DNA of 64,000 nucleotides from Acanthaster planci (lineage: Eukaryota). The notes below the pieces were generated by a model that saw nothing but the letters and a program-made list of their open reading frames with translations, made no database searches and had not been told where the DNA came from. The DNA is taken from NCBI RefSeq assembly GCF_001949145.1, contig NW_019091355.1, forward strand, positions 804,083 through 868,082, given 5' to 3'. Below, piece by piece: positions 49,909 to 62,996 of the stretch. The position numbers and the translations under genes were made by a program. Position 1 is the first letter of the stretch, and each line of letters begins with the position of its first letter.

Positions 49909-52135
49909 GACTTTAATGACCGCGACCGAGTCTTTTATTAATGAGGCTATGCATATTGGCGCATGACATGTTTAATATTTTGAGAAATCAAAAGCAAACG
50001 TGCTGAATATTATTGTCAATGTTTTTACCTGTATTTGTCGCTTAATGGAAACCTAAATTGGAACTCTTAAGGAATCCTTGCGAAGTTGCAGGCGCGTTCT
50101 GAAATATTCTGGAACAGGAATAAAGACTGACACAAATGCAGGATCCTGGTAAACCTCTTTACATGTGAACGTTTATTGTTTATTAATTAAAATTTTGGGC
50201 CCTCATGTTATTGCAATTCTGTTATTGCAATTAAAATTAATGAAAACTTATAAAAACGAAATTTTTGCGGGCAGTTTTGGCTATGTGGGCAACATGGCTA
50301 ATTCGTTCACACGAATGACCTATTCGTTTGCAACGAATTATACAGCTATAATTTATGCAATTCATTAAAATGTTTGGGATGCAAGTGAAAGGTCGACTGA
50401 AGGACTCGATCTGATTGTCCAAGAATCATCTAGAAGTCTCGCCGATCCAGGACTGTTGATTCGAACTTTATTTAGCATTGTGTGTTAGAAAATCTTTCGA
50501 GAATGCACCACGTGTCGCCACTACAGAATAGCTGAGATTGATATTTACATGTTTGTGTATTCTATATTCCATGTAACCACCTTATTTTCAGGTGTTTTTT
50601 TGTGTTTTTTAATACCAGAAACCCTTTGGACAAACGTTGGATATAATAATCGTAAATTCAAGGCTCGGTGGAAATAAATACTTTTCTAATTATTAACATT
50701 TTATTTGTTTCCAATTACGTGGTTTTTCTCCTTTGCAATGCTTGAACTGCGATCTTTTTTTAACCTAGTCATGGAAATTATGCCTGAATGGACCGGCTTT
50801 ACTAGGTCGAAAAGGGGCGACATCTGTCCCTATATAAAATCTTCATTATGAACAATGGAATTGCGCTGAATTTTTTTGTTGGGATATCCGTTACAAATTT
50901 ATTCCTTTAAAAGGAATCCTTTTGAAATCGTAGCTAAATTCTTTTTACCGGTGTGTTCCTGCAATGTTTGAGCACCCTGCGTGTAAAATTGAAGAATAGT
51001 CGAGATTGTTACATCCGGAAGATTGGTGTTAAAAGTATTTATTAGGCACCCAACTTACAAAATTAACATGGTTGTTCCTGATCTCGATGAAATCCTCGTT
51101 TCATACTCATCAGATATGAACTTATTAAATTCATGCATAATTATACAGTGTATTATATTTAAATTCCTGCATACCAAGTGTATTTTCCTACACGGGCATT
51201 GTCAGTGATCGGTAAGGCAATGCGATCATAAACTGATTTCACAATTTAGGCTCATTTGGATCTGATTTTTGTCCTGTGGTCGGCGCAAATAACCTTTTCC
51301 AACTGCACTTCCCTTATGAAATTGAGCAGAGGAACAGAGCCTGAACTCATCTCGTTCCAGGCGGTGATCATCTGGAAGGCCACGAAGCCCCAACACCAAA
51401 ATTACAGCTATACCGATCGTAATATTCTTCTCTCGGCTTCAACAACTTGTCTTAGACTTTAATGACCGCGACCGAGTCTTTTATTAATGAGGCTATGCAT
51501 ATTGGCGCATGACATGTTTAATATTTTGAGAAATCAAAAGCAAACGTGCTGAATATTATTGTCAATGTTTTTACCTGTATTTGTCGCTTAATGGAAACCT
51601 AAATTGGAACTCTTAAGGAATCCTTGCGAAGTTGAAGGCGTGTTCTGAAATATTCTGGAACAGGAATAAAGACTGACACAAATGCAGGATCCTGGTAAAC
51701 CTCTTTACATGTGAACGTTTATTGTTTATTAATCAAAATTTTGGGCCCTCATGTTATTGCAGTTCTGAAAATAGAAGCGAAATAAAATTAATGAAAACTT
51801 ATAAAAACGAAATTTTTGCGGGCAGTTTTGGCTATGTGGGCAACATGACTAATTGGTTCACACGAATGACCTATTCGTTTGCAACGAATTATACAGCTAT
51901 AATTTATGTGATTCATTAAAATGTTTGGGATGCAAGTGAAAGGTCGACTGAAGGACTCGATCTGGTTGAGAATCAATTAGCGACTGATGGCGGAGGACGT
52001 CTCGCCGATCCAGAACTGTTGATTCGAACTTCAATTTTAAGCATATTGTGAGAAATTCTCTCGAGAATGCACCATGTGTGAGATTAATATTTACACGTTT
52101 GTGTATTCTATATTCCATGTAACCACATTATTTCC
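49909..52135. repeat. Recent direct duplication (49909-50587 vs 51455-52135)
   Basis: Near-identical sequence from GACTTTAATGACCGCGACCGAG to TATTCCATGTAACCAC. Confidence 0.9.
51349..51430 (-). pseudogene. Degenerate relic of the lectin signal-peptide exon
   Basis: Aligns to exon 1 (..GTGTTGGGG..GTGGCCTTCCAGATGATCACCGCCTGGAACGAG) but the ATG is lost (ATA), indels are present, and the donor GT is changed to AT. Confidence 0.75.
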
Positions 52136-52896
52136 TGAAAATCAAAGGGGATTATCCCGCACGGGCAATGTCAGTGATCGGTAAGGCAGTGCGATTATAA
52201 ACTAGTTTCATAATTCACAATGTAGATCCATTTTGATCCGACTTTGCCCTTGGTCGGAAGTTACCTTTTCACAACCGTCCTTCCTTTTGAAGTTGATCTG
52301 AGGACACGTACGTTCATTCCCTATAGAGAAAACGTTCCTTACAAGCGCGCATGCGCACTTTGTTTCCAAGCAGACAACAACGGGTTTCCGTGCGAGCAGA
52401 CGACGTTATATCGCGGAATTTTTCAACGACTGACCTCGTAAAATACCAAAGTGCAGCAGCAAAATAAATTTCGGGAGGATCTCAACAAGACATCATGAAC
52501 AACGCACAATCCTCCATAAGTAAGATTTTTAAATAACGGTAAATCTCAGAACAGTATAAAAAAGTGGATTTTACGGACCCTTTCTAACAACAACGAGAAA
52601 AACGAAACTGCTGCTTCCAATTAAACTCACTGTTGATATGGACATGTCGGTGAGTTGCCTGTTACTTCAAACTTAATTGGCCTATTTAATGAAGCAGGCG
52701 GCCGCTCTTCTCACGTTCATGCGTATTTAGAAAAGGAAAATGACAACACAAGATAATGCATGCAAACCGAAGCCTTTATTATTTAAAAAAAAAACTTGAA
52801 AGAATATTGAAGTAATTATATACCAACTGTTCACTGTTGGAAAATTGGACTACCACCTATTTTAATTTCTTTCAACAGCCTTAAACTCAAAATTAA

Positions 52897-53396
52897 GGCA
52901 AAAAAAATAGTCGGTCTCTGGTCAGCACGCGCGTCGATTCTGAACACGCGCGTCATTTTTCCCCATTTTTTCCCAAAATTTTCAAACAGCGCCCTCTATT
53001 TCCGCACCGCCTGAATGTTCGCGAGTAGACTGATTCTCGGCCACAAGTCCATAAGTCGTTCGTTCAAGGAACCAGACTAATTCGTGGACAGCTCGTACCC
53101 AGTGATTGATTTGTTACGACTGCGTAATGTTGATGTCGAACACAAACAGTAGACCATGGGTACAAAGTTGCAGCCAACTGGTCAACAACAATGGCGGCAT
53201 GACATGCGACGTGCTACTACTGGCCTTTGCTCTTTGATTAAATATGTCACTCATTTCCGTGTCAATTGCCAGTCTTTAAAACCCAACACTACCCTCCCCC
53301 CAAAAAACTAAAAAAACAAACAAACCTGCATCGCCGCATCAATTCTGGAACTTTGGTCCGACCAGAGACCAAATTTTTTTTGGGGGGGGGGAGGCC
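52897..53396. mobile_element. PIF/Harbinger-like MITE downstream of lectin 3
   Basis: TAA flanks (52894-96, 53397-99); termini GGC-A-run-..GGTCTCTGGTC / GACCAGAGACC-T-run-..GGCC; absent from the homologous flank of copy 2 (~42920). Confidence 0.65.
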
Positions 53397-53924
53397 TAAG
53401 CAAAAAAATAAATGAAAATAAAAAGGAAGGAAAAGAACAAAAAGAAATAAACATCCCAACTCATACACCTCAACAAACTAAAAAAATAACAAATATATCT
53501 CTATCGTAACTTCTTGACTGTAGTTGGAAATACATTAACGATTGTACTCCGAGTCGCCAAAAATGCTTGCCTTAAATTGACTGTGTCTGTGGTCAAATAT
53601 TTCCTACAATTCAGTTCTTTTCAGATCCACCATTCACATTTTCTTGTCCCATTTGTCGACGTAATTCGCTTACAAAAATTTCAGTATGGTGCCTGCGCGG
53701 TTGATTGTCCCCACTTGGGTGAGCACGCATAAAATAATATCATTGCAAAAGAGAGTTTTTTCGACAAAGTGATTCATCATTTACTTTAATTCAAATGAAC
53801 TCTATATAGCTAGCTCAGCAAAGGGAAGCAGAAATTGAGAAATCAAAAAGATTTGAATGTTGAAATTGAAGATTCGTCATCTAGTCCATTATTGTCATAT
53901 GGGACCGTGTCAATCAGGAATAAA

Positions 53925-56900
53925 TTAGCAATCTGGGCTTGACAGCACTTCCACTGACACCTCACAGAGTTGCAGTGTAGCGGTTCCTGGAATGTCGACG
54001 CTCACGTAGCGTGCCCTCAATGGTCGGTCACATTTAATCTCGATGGTCCCGCCCAACGGCTGGGCTTGACTAGCAGTGATTGGTGCCCCGCATGCCTGGT
54101 TCGCGGTGGCAGTCTCGGATGTCCCAGCGCGAACAATGGCATTTTGCAGACGGTCACCTGCGCACAAAAAAACACTAATCACGTTTAGCAATAGAGTAGG
54201 CCTAATCCATTTTTAAAACGAATTGAGCGCCAACAATTTGCCTGAAAACATTTCATTACATATCCTTTTTGGTATCGAGTTGTTTGCTAAATAGATGAAA
54301 TAAACAGTTGGTATAATGGTCGTTCCAGGACGTGGTTCTTAAATTCAAAGTATTTTGACATACTTACTGCAACAGTCACCACGGTTCAGGATGGTTACCT
54401 TGGTAACGCACTGCTCTCCACCAAGATCGACTTTTCACCAAGGGTGGTTCGAGTTGGTAACTAATGAAAAGAAAATAGAGTTACAAAAATATGTCATTCC
54501 TCCCGAGGGAAAATTTCCTTATTAACTTGAATAGAGTCATGCATATAGTTGTGATTGGAATGTCTGCAGGCGGTACGCGTGTTACCAGAAGGCCCTCAGT
54601 ACCTTATGGGGTTTTTTGTGTGTCAAGCTTTAAAGAAGTCACGTCCAATTCTTCTTAGATACAAGATACTTGAATGTAATATTGGGAAGACATTTTAAGT
54701 TTCCTTTCTTTTGTATTTCCAGCTCCACTGGCTTATAGGGGCGATTTTGATGGGACCTGTATTTCTTCGCAACATAAAACTGAATACAGCCATTCACCGA
54801 GCTCTCACTACATAGTTTAAGGGGAGTCTACGGGCTGCTAGCTTGAACCAAGCATTTAACAATCTTGCCAGTGGTGATCTATTGTAGGTTCCCATTACAA
54901 GTGTCTTACACATCCAGAGGAGATATCATCTTACCAGTGTGCGAGCAGTGCCTGGCGGGGTACAAGATTGCAGATGAACTCCCGTCCACTGCCAAGTCTG
55001 CTGTATAACCCGCACCGTGCGTTGTGCTCTGCTCCGCTGTTTTGCCAACGACGTTGAACGGCTGCGGAACTGTCAACAAATTCAATGATAAGAAATTGAC
55101 TATTGTGTTGTGCTTGACAGATTTCACTGTCTAATATTTTTACGCTTTAGATCAAAATTAATGGATACGGAACCCGAAAAAAGCCTTTTTCAACCATAAC
55201 TTACCGGGGCATTGGCTCAGGGGAATCTCCTCTAATGTAACCTCACAAAGTTGCAGGGTGGCTGACCCAGGGATATCAACACTGACGTAGCGACCTTTCA
55301 GTGCGGGATAGCAGGTGAACTCGATGGTACCGCCCGATGGTGCAGCTTGAGCAGCAGTTACCGGTGAGCCACAGGCCCAGTTCTCTGTGCCGGTGACGCT
55401 GGGACCAACGCGGACAACAGCGCCCTCTAAGCGCTCGCCTGTCAATGGAAATACGGACAGCTATGAGCCCCGAGCTGGACCGAGAGAGGACGCCATGTAC
55501 CTTGCAACTGAGGCTTCTTCGGTCGGAACTGTACTTCGCTGGTTCACGAATGACTTATACACGCGTTGGAGTCAAATCGCTCCCAGCAAAATGAACACCC
55601 CTGAACAAGGTGGCTCTTTTCAACCGATGAGGGGGTGCTTCTGCTCAAATCGGATATTGCAATTGCTCCTTGGTTGTTTAAATTGTACCTTCAGTTTAAT
55701 TTGCTGTCATTTTGTTTTTTCTGGTTGCAGTAGATGATATGGTGATACTGATGTAGCCTACTGGTCATTGTTACATGTATTGCAAAGATTGATATAAATT
55801 GTGTTTGGGGCATTTTTGGGGGGCATTTCTTTTAGTACAACAGGTATAGTGCTTGTTGTTGATGTTGTTGTTGTTTTGTTGTTACTCTATTTTGTGTCTT
55901 CCATCTCCAAAGCCTAGAAGTTTCCTGTAATTCCGAAGCTCCCATATACCGAAACAAAGATTTTTCGGTGATACTGGCACCCTTTTTTACAATGGTAAAC
56001 TTCACCAAATATTTATTTTCCTGACGCATTGACAGTGTAAACTGTAACTGTAGTAATTATACACGTACTTAGTTATCAGTCTATTTAGGTTTCTGACTTA
56101 CTGCAGCAGTCACCACGGTTCAGAATGCGGACTTTGCTGATGCAGTGGTTGCTCCCAAGATCGACCATCCACCACGGATCCCTGGCGGCAGTAACTAACC
56201 GGTCAAACAAGCAAAACAGATAATTATAGGCGCTCAAGGAATAAGAAACCCCATCGTATTTACAGATACCAGCTGCTCAGGTGAAGGGTTTGCCCAGTTC
56301 CAAATGGACACTGACCTGAGATATCGCAAGATAACTGAGGGCGCCAGAGCCCAATTGTACTCCACATGGTCAACAACAGCAGCAGAAATGCGCACAACAG
56401 TCGTCAGGAGTCGTGTTTCAGTGATCAACTACAATAACCCTCGTGTGTTGTACAAAAATATAACATTTACTTCCAGACACGTAGGCTGTGCACGTAACAG
56501 TGAACTTGTGTTTTGGATATCGTATGAAAACCGCACAGTAAAAGCTGGGGTTAACTGGACCTAAAATGGCACCTCGAGAGGATTATTCAAAATTGCAGTC
56601 TCAGGATTCTGTGTTTGAAACGGAGAGAGATTGGATTTAATGCGGAAGCTAAACCCCGAAAGACAGTAGTGTTTCCTACTGGTATGCGAGCAGTGCTGTG
56701 ATGGGTACAGATTGGAGGACGAGCTGCCATCAACTGCCTTGTCTGATGAGTATGCACCCAATGTTGAGCTCTGCCAGGTGATCTTGCCAACAATTGGGAG
56801 GTTTGTGGAGTCTGAAGAAAAACAAAACAAAACTTCAAACCGTGAGGCAAACTAAAAACGAATAAACATGTGTGGTGACTGACAACCTACCAGCTTTAAG

Positions 56901-59900
56901 GTGCAGTCGTGGCCTGTGAATACACCAAACGTTGTGCAAGAACAACAAAAGCTTCAGGAGTGGTTCTTTTTTCCTTTGTTTGTGATACTTTGAGCAACTA
57001 ACATCCCTTTTCAGATCTTGACAATATAAATAAAGAGTGAAATTAAAACTTGGCGAAGCCTAGACACCATCCTTTCTATGTCCTCAAGGTTTCATTCTAA
57101 TCACATAAACCATTTTTGTAACTTACAAATCTTAGATTTGTCAGATGTGCGTCTATAGAAAGCTCCTTTTTAAATTAACGCATAAGCACCTTTCCATTGT
57201 GGGATATGAAAACCAATAGCGAGAAAAAGCTCATCAGAAAGAGGACACCGTTTCATGTGATTTCCCTCTTTATCCACCGGAATGATCATGCTTCACTGGA
57301 AGTACGTTGATCGACATACCTCCTGACTTCTTGCTTTCTTCAACCTCCTCTTTTAGAACACGCTCCAGCAGGTCCAATTTATCCTGAAAATTTGTTTAAA
57401 AGAGTACACAAAATGCTGCGTGTAAAGATCCCTTCGTACGCTTTTAAATTGTGTACTCTGACAAGTGTGGCACATGGGTGTCGGCAGGATTACACAACCA
57501 TACAGGTTCAATTCTGAGATATTTTCAAGAAGATTGTTTTTTTATCTCCTGCCTTCTTTCCCTTTTGCCCCCTCTATTCTTTGAGGAGAGGGGATGAAGC
57601 CTCCACTGATTTCTTAATACTTGACTGCGTAGGCGCCATCTTTGGACACGTAAAACATGACACATCCGTTTGTTGGATCCTGGCTGTGAGGATTGAAACT
57701 TTGTTGGGCTGTCAACTCATGGTTGAAGGCCAATTCATAGAGCCAAATTAACACCCAGGTTTTCTTTAAATAAAGTGTCCCATATCTTTATTCCACTAAT
57801 TACATGTAATTGATGCTCACTAAAACAACTCGAAAAGCTGGAAAATGACAAACGTAGCGTGCTAGAGGCTGAACCGAACAGGTGGCACCCATCTGTCCAC
57901 CAAACAAAGTCAAGTCACGGATGGATTTCTTGGTACCCGGCCGCTGGCACGAGAGCGATCGAGGTCATGTACATGTACATGTATACGTATTATCTGTGCA
58001 GCGCCCCCTCCCCTCGGGCCCTCACAATGTGGCATTTGCCTGTGAGATCCCTTATCCGGGTGCCTTGGAAAAAAGCGTCGCGCCACCTATTGTGCTGTTC
58101 CAATCACGGCTTTACAAGGGCATACCTCCCTGCAATGCCAACAGGTACACGTTCTTTTCACCCTTCCAAATGGATGGTTTTCCACACCACCATGTTCGCC
58201 AGACAAGGACGAAATCCATTCATCATGAAAAAATGAAATCAATATAATGCCAACAAAATTCAAAACTGATTCTGCCCGAACCCAGCTTTTCAATGTTTTC
58301 AATTATAGTTCTTTGTCGAAGCTCTCAGGAGGCCTAAGATATGTTCAATCGCGTGCAAAGTTCTCCGGACACTCAGACAGGCGATTTTCACGAACCCTGC
58401 AGGCAATTCTACCTTCTGACAAAGGGTAGAGTAAGCCTATTCATTATTGCAAATCTCCAGAGAAAGCAAGGCCACGATTCCTTCAAGTCTTCGTATATCG
58501 GTAAAAGAATCTAGTCTATAGAATATAGTCTATTCGCTATTGAAGGGTCACTTTTTGGATATACCNNNNNNNNNNNNNNNNNNNNNNNNNNNNNNNNNNN
58601 NNNNNNTCCGTCTCATACCTTGCTGCATATGGCTTTGTAAGGGCATGTTTTTGTCAAACCTGATTGTCAGTCAAGACTTTTTTGTCAAATTCGAACGATA
58701 GTCTTCTTTTTGTGTATCATATCAATTAGCTGAATAATACCACTTTAAAATCAAATTTCAACTTGTCGAACTAAAATCCATGTTCAGTGGACCTTTCGTT
58801 AATTAGCTTGCTTTCCCATGGGCGGCTAATATTTGCAGAAAAGTTACTCTGGGTCAGTCAGAGGTAAGCCAGGCAAGGAACAAGGTGAATTTTTTGTCGT
58901 TACTTTTTATTTCGTTTGCACAAATTACTTATTCATTTGCATGAATGCTTGGCGATTTATTGAGACTTTCTGGATTTCTCTTTACTTTTGTGCCAGCAGC
59001 CAGTTAAGTTTGCCAACTACCTGTAGGCATAAATTATGTGACAAAACAAGAGAAAGGTCTGCGGACGGATTCGTTCAGATTTCCACGAATAAACTAGCGC
59101 CTATTGCAGGTCCAGAACTGTTGATCCGGACTTCATTTAGTGAAAAATTCTCTCGAGAATGCACCAAGTTTCACCGCTATAGCAAATGAGATTGAAAGAT
59201 AGACGATTTATGTAACTGGATTCTTTTCGGAATGCTTTTCATACAGAAACAGAGATACAAAACAAAAAGCAGCCGTAAATTCGAAGACAAATCATGCCTG
59301 TCCCCTGTGCAATATTGAATTTCTTTCAAGTCACGTGATTTTTTCCCCCTTTACAAGGACTGCAGTTCCTCACGTGACAGAAATTTGACCGGTGTGGGTA
59401 GGTTTTATAGGGGCAACATCTGTCCATATATCAGATCTTTACCACAAAAAGATGGATTGCAACAAAACCTCTTATATGTGCTTCGCATATCCGTACAAAA
59501 TATTTCTTTGAAAGGTCTCCTTTTAGAATGGGAGTCATTACATTTTTCAGACACTGGTCTCTCGAGATCGATAGGCCTACACCTTTAGATCGACACCAGA
59601 AAAAAGTATCTCTCTGGCACGTAACTTTACCAAAATTGGCGTGCTGGTTGCTAATTTCTATGAAATTCTCTTTTTGTACTTATCAGACGTGAGCTCTTTG
59701 AATTCGCGCATGTACCGTGTCCCACAGCAAGGTAGTGTGACCACTGACTTGGTTTGTAATGCAGGCCCTTAGAAACCAGACTTATTTCCGAAGTTGAAAA
59801 TCACTTTTCCAACTGTGCTTTCCTTTTGAAATTGAGCGAAGAAACACGGCCTGAACTCACCCCATTCCAGGCGGTGGTCATCTGGAAGCCCACGAGTCCC

Positions 59901-59935
59901 AACACCAAGACAACAGCAGCTAGCGATCTCAACAT
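53925..59935 (-). pseudogene. F-type lectin copy 3; intact 8-exon structure but premature TGA (Trp253*) in domain 2
   Basis: Exons 59935-59861, 57383-57320, 56811-56680, 56194-56102, 55438-55205, 55069-54935, 54460-54368, 54157-53925. CCT TGG TGA AAA at 54437-54435 where copies 1 and 2 have CCT TGG TGG AAA. Could be a null allele or a base-call error. Intron 1 contains an assembly gap. Confidence 0.7.
58566..58606. other. Assembly gap (41 N)
   Basis: Run of N. Confidence 1.
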
Positions 59936-61408
59936 TCTTCTTTCGACTTCGGAAACTTGTCAGAGAGTCAATGGAGCCGACCCAAGCAGATACACTCAGC
60001 TCTAGGGAAGACGAGTGAAGCAAACCACCAGAATGCGGGAGTGGCCCAATGCAATGTATTTAAAAGCAAAGAGCTTATATCCCATAATATTTTGCGTGAT
60101 GAAAATAGTACCATTATCCAACGGCCTTTCGTGCCACCGAGACCAAGTTTCATTGTCATTCTAAGGTCAAGTTTTTGGGGGATTACGGCCGTTTTCATTG
60201 GAGGCTATGCATGTCGGTGAATAGCTGCATATCATTGTCAACGTTTCCCTGCATGAAATTATAAATAGCGACACCCGAGAGAGATTGGTTTTATCTCACA
60301 TCATAAGCTATGATGGTCACACTGTGCGTATTGTGTTACAAATAAAAAAAACACACTCACAAACTTTGTTGAGTCTGTAGTGCGTCCGATATTCTGTTTT
60401 TGATGTTTTACTGTGACAGACGGGACATTTCAAGTTCGAATATTAACTCCGTTACAGTATTGTTTGCTGTGCTCTGTAATTAACCTACATGTACGTCTCG
60501 TCAGTTTTGATGGTAAGTATTTCAAGGCGTGGTGGGGATAAGGGCTGGTGTTCGATGTCGGTATCGAGTGGTATTGGAACGAGTAAGATGACAATTCCTG
60601 TCACGCTGTACAAGAACGCCATCTGGTTGCTTCAAGGTTAAGAGGGAGAGGCAAGCAGAGTAAGCGAGCCGTGTTTTCACAAAGGCCAAACAAGTTCCTC
60701 AAGTTACAATGATGAAATTCTACTCTTTCAAAGTTAGGTGTGCCAATACAAGCATGGCATATTTAAATGGAAATAGAATGCACTTGAGTAATACCTTAGT
60801 TCTGTCGTAACAACTGTTCATAGTCAAGCAAAATGTGGGTTGAAACACTATCATGCCGACCAAACGTCGGACAAGCCGGTCGAGGACGTTCGAGGCGATC
60901 AACAAAAAAGAAGGTATAACATTAAAACTGAGATTGTGATTGGTAAATCCTTAAACTTTATTCGTGAATAAAACATTTTCTGGTATAATTCCTGATCCCC
61001 CCCACGCACAAGGCATCTCTCTCTTGTCTTTATACCTTGCCAGTCTGCAAACACAGCTGACATTGCTAGCATGTGTCCTCCGTGGCTCGTCACCAGCTGG
61101 CTATTCATGGGGTTGTTTTGGAAGAAAAAAATGGCACACCGAACCCCGAAACATTGAGAATATAAGTATTAGGATTCAAACGTAAGGTTGACATTTTGCT
61201 GGATGATCCAGGACCAATGAAATAATTCAGTTCATTGTAGAAGTATAATAAAATAATAGTAAATAACAAACTATGGAGGGCATTACGTTTCGATCCTAGC
61301 AGAATCTTTCTCAAAGGTATTAGTAAAGTTAATTTCGGGCAAGGTTTCAAATACTCTTATATCGTTACTTGAATTGAAGTGATGGTCTTGCGATTACTAG
61401 CCTACTAC

Positions 61409-61869
61409 TTAGACTGTCGGAGCATCGCAAATGTACGCTTTGTCTACCTGCTCCATGATGTGTGCAGTGGCTGCCTCGGCCCCGCTTTGGAAGTTAACAT
61501 TCCACACCCGCAGCCCACCGCGGTACTCACCAGCCAGCACCACGTAGGTCTCGGTTAGCTCGACGTCTGTACGCGAGCACTGCCACCCATCACTGCCGAA
61601 CCTGGACACATTGACGGTCTTCGTCACTGGCAAGCCCCCTCCGCAGTCTTGTAAACGCACTCGACGTCGAAAGTGACGCTGTAGAAGCCGCAGTTTAGTT
61701 GGCCTAACGACAAGACTCGGTAGATGGACCTGGCTCTCCCCTTGAACGCCACAGGTGCTTGCGACATTCGCTCCACGATCCCCTGGGGTGGGGTAGGGAT
61801 ATACATGCATGCTGAGCACAAACCCACAGCAAAAATGAGAAACACTGCCTTGATGGTCGCTTTCTCCAT
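61409..61869 (-). CDS. Small secreted stand-alone NtA (agrin N-terminal)/TIMP-like OB-fold protein, ~153 aa if a 1-nt frameshift is corrected
   Basis: Signal peptide ending CSA|C; ER..QAPVAFKG....I, YSV.F.V.CVYK, V.VSRFG....C....V....TYVV pattern resembling agrin NtA. The two halves are out of frame at the G5 run 61639-61635. Acceptor at ~61886, upstream non-coding exon donor at ~62136, TATAAATA at 62198-62191. Confidence 0.7.
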
Positions 61870-62996
61870 CACTGTATCGTCTATCCTGTGGGAGGAACAC
61901 TGAGAGATCATCATAATGAAAATTGTAGTTTGACAGCTGGAAAGGCCTACTTTTCGTCACTAAAAGAATAAACTCGTTTGCCCCTCATTTGCAAGGAACC
62001 TGTCTGAAATCACCCTCGATTACGTACATGACTCCTCGGAACCCAGTAATCTGGAATGATAATCTACATGCTCAAATGTAATTGCATGGAAATTAACCAG
62101 TGACGCATTTTCTATTGATAATTTAATCATACTTACCGAAGTTTCTGGCGGCACTTGGAAATCTGCTCTTGATGTGACAGTTACACTGACTATTTATAGA
62201 TTTTTTGTCACGTAACAAAGTGTCCGTGTTACAGTTGATAATGTAGTAACAAACGGTATTATCCGTCGACAGGTGATACATTAACGGTCAAATAATTCTA
62301 CGACACTTTCTGTCAATTTTTGACACGGATTCTGTCAATCTGTGAATAAAATATTTTCGGTTTGTGATACATTATCTGCTGGTTCCAACATTTTCAGTTA
62401 TGGTTGGCCATCATTTTGTCGTTGGAAAATTAGGAGGGTCTCCAAACTGACGGTTCGTGACAGCCATCCAAAAAGAAAATTAGCTTTCCTTCTCGATCTG
62501 TTGTCTGGGCTGTGGATGTTGATAGAAAGCTGCCATAATCAGAGCATTACCCTTACTACCTGTCTCGTATTTTTGTTCATTTTAATTAAAAGTGGTTGGT
62601 TTTAAGATGCAGTAATAGTTGTTATGTGGCACATGTGCTCCTTTTCGTTCTAACTCCGATGAAAGAAGTGACAAGTGACATTTGGCAACTACTCTTTAAG
62701 GAGATGTGATGTCAAATTATGTCGGAAATCGTCACAGAGTAATAGTGGAGCAATTCTTTATGTTGGCCTGACATCAACATGCACAGCACGTGGATATCAC
62801 TCAGTGTGGTTTCAGGCGGCTGGCCGGAACCGTCAAGAACCCAACTACTTCCGCGATTTGAATCTAATACTTGTTAATTTTAAATATTATTTTTCGGGAT
62901 ACACTTACAAAGACACTTTATTGACAGAAGACACATTTAAACATTAGAAACAAAACATGAAGGACGCAATAATTAACCAGCTCCCGCTGGCTTGCC

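Noticed and set aside
54435..54437. Selenocysteine recoding of the lectin 3 TGA
   Set aside because: The position is a conserved structural Trp, not Cys, and no SECIS-like stem with an AUGA/GA core was found by eye in the 3' flank.
57560..58565. ORFs of 121-125 aa next to the assembly gap in lectin 3 intron 1
   Set aside because: No recognisable domain; probably part of an unclassified repeat interrupted by the gap.
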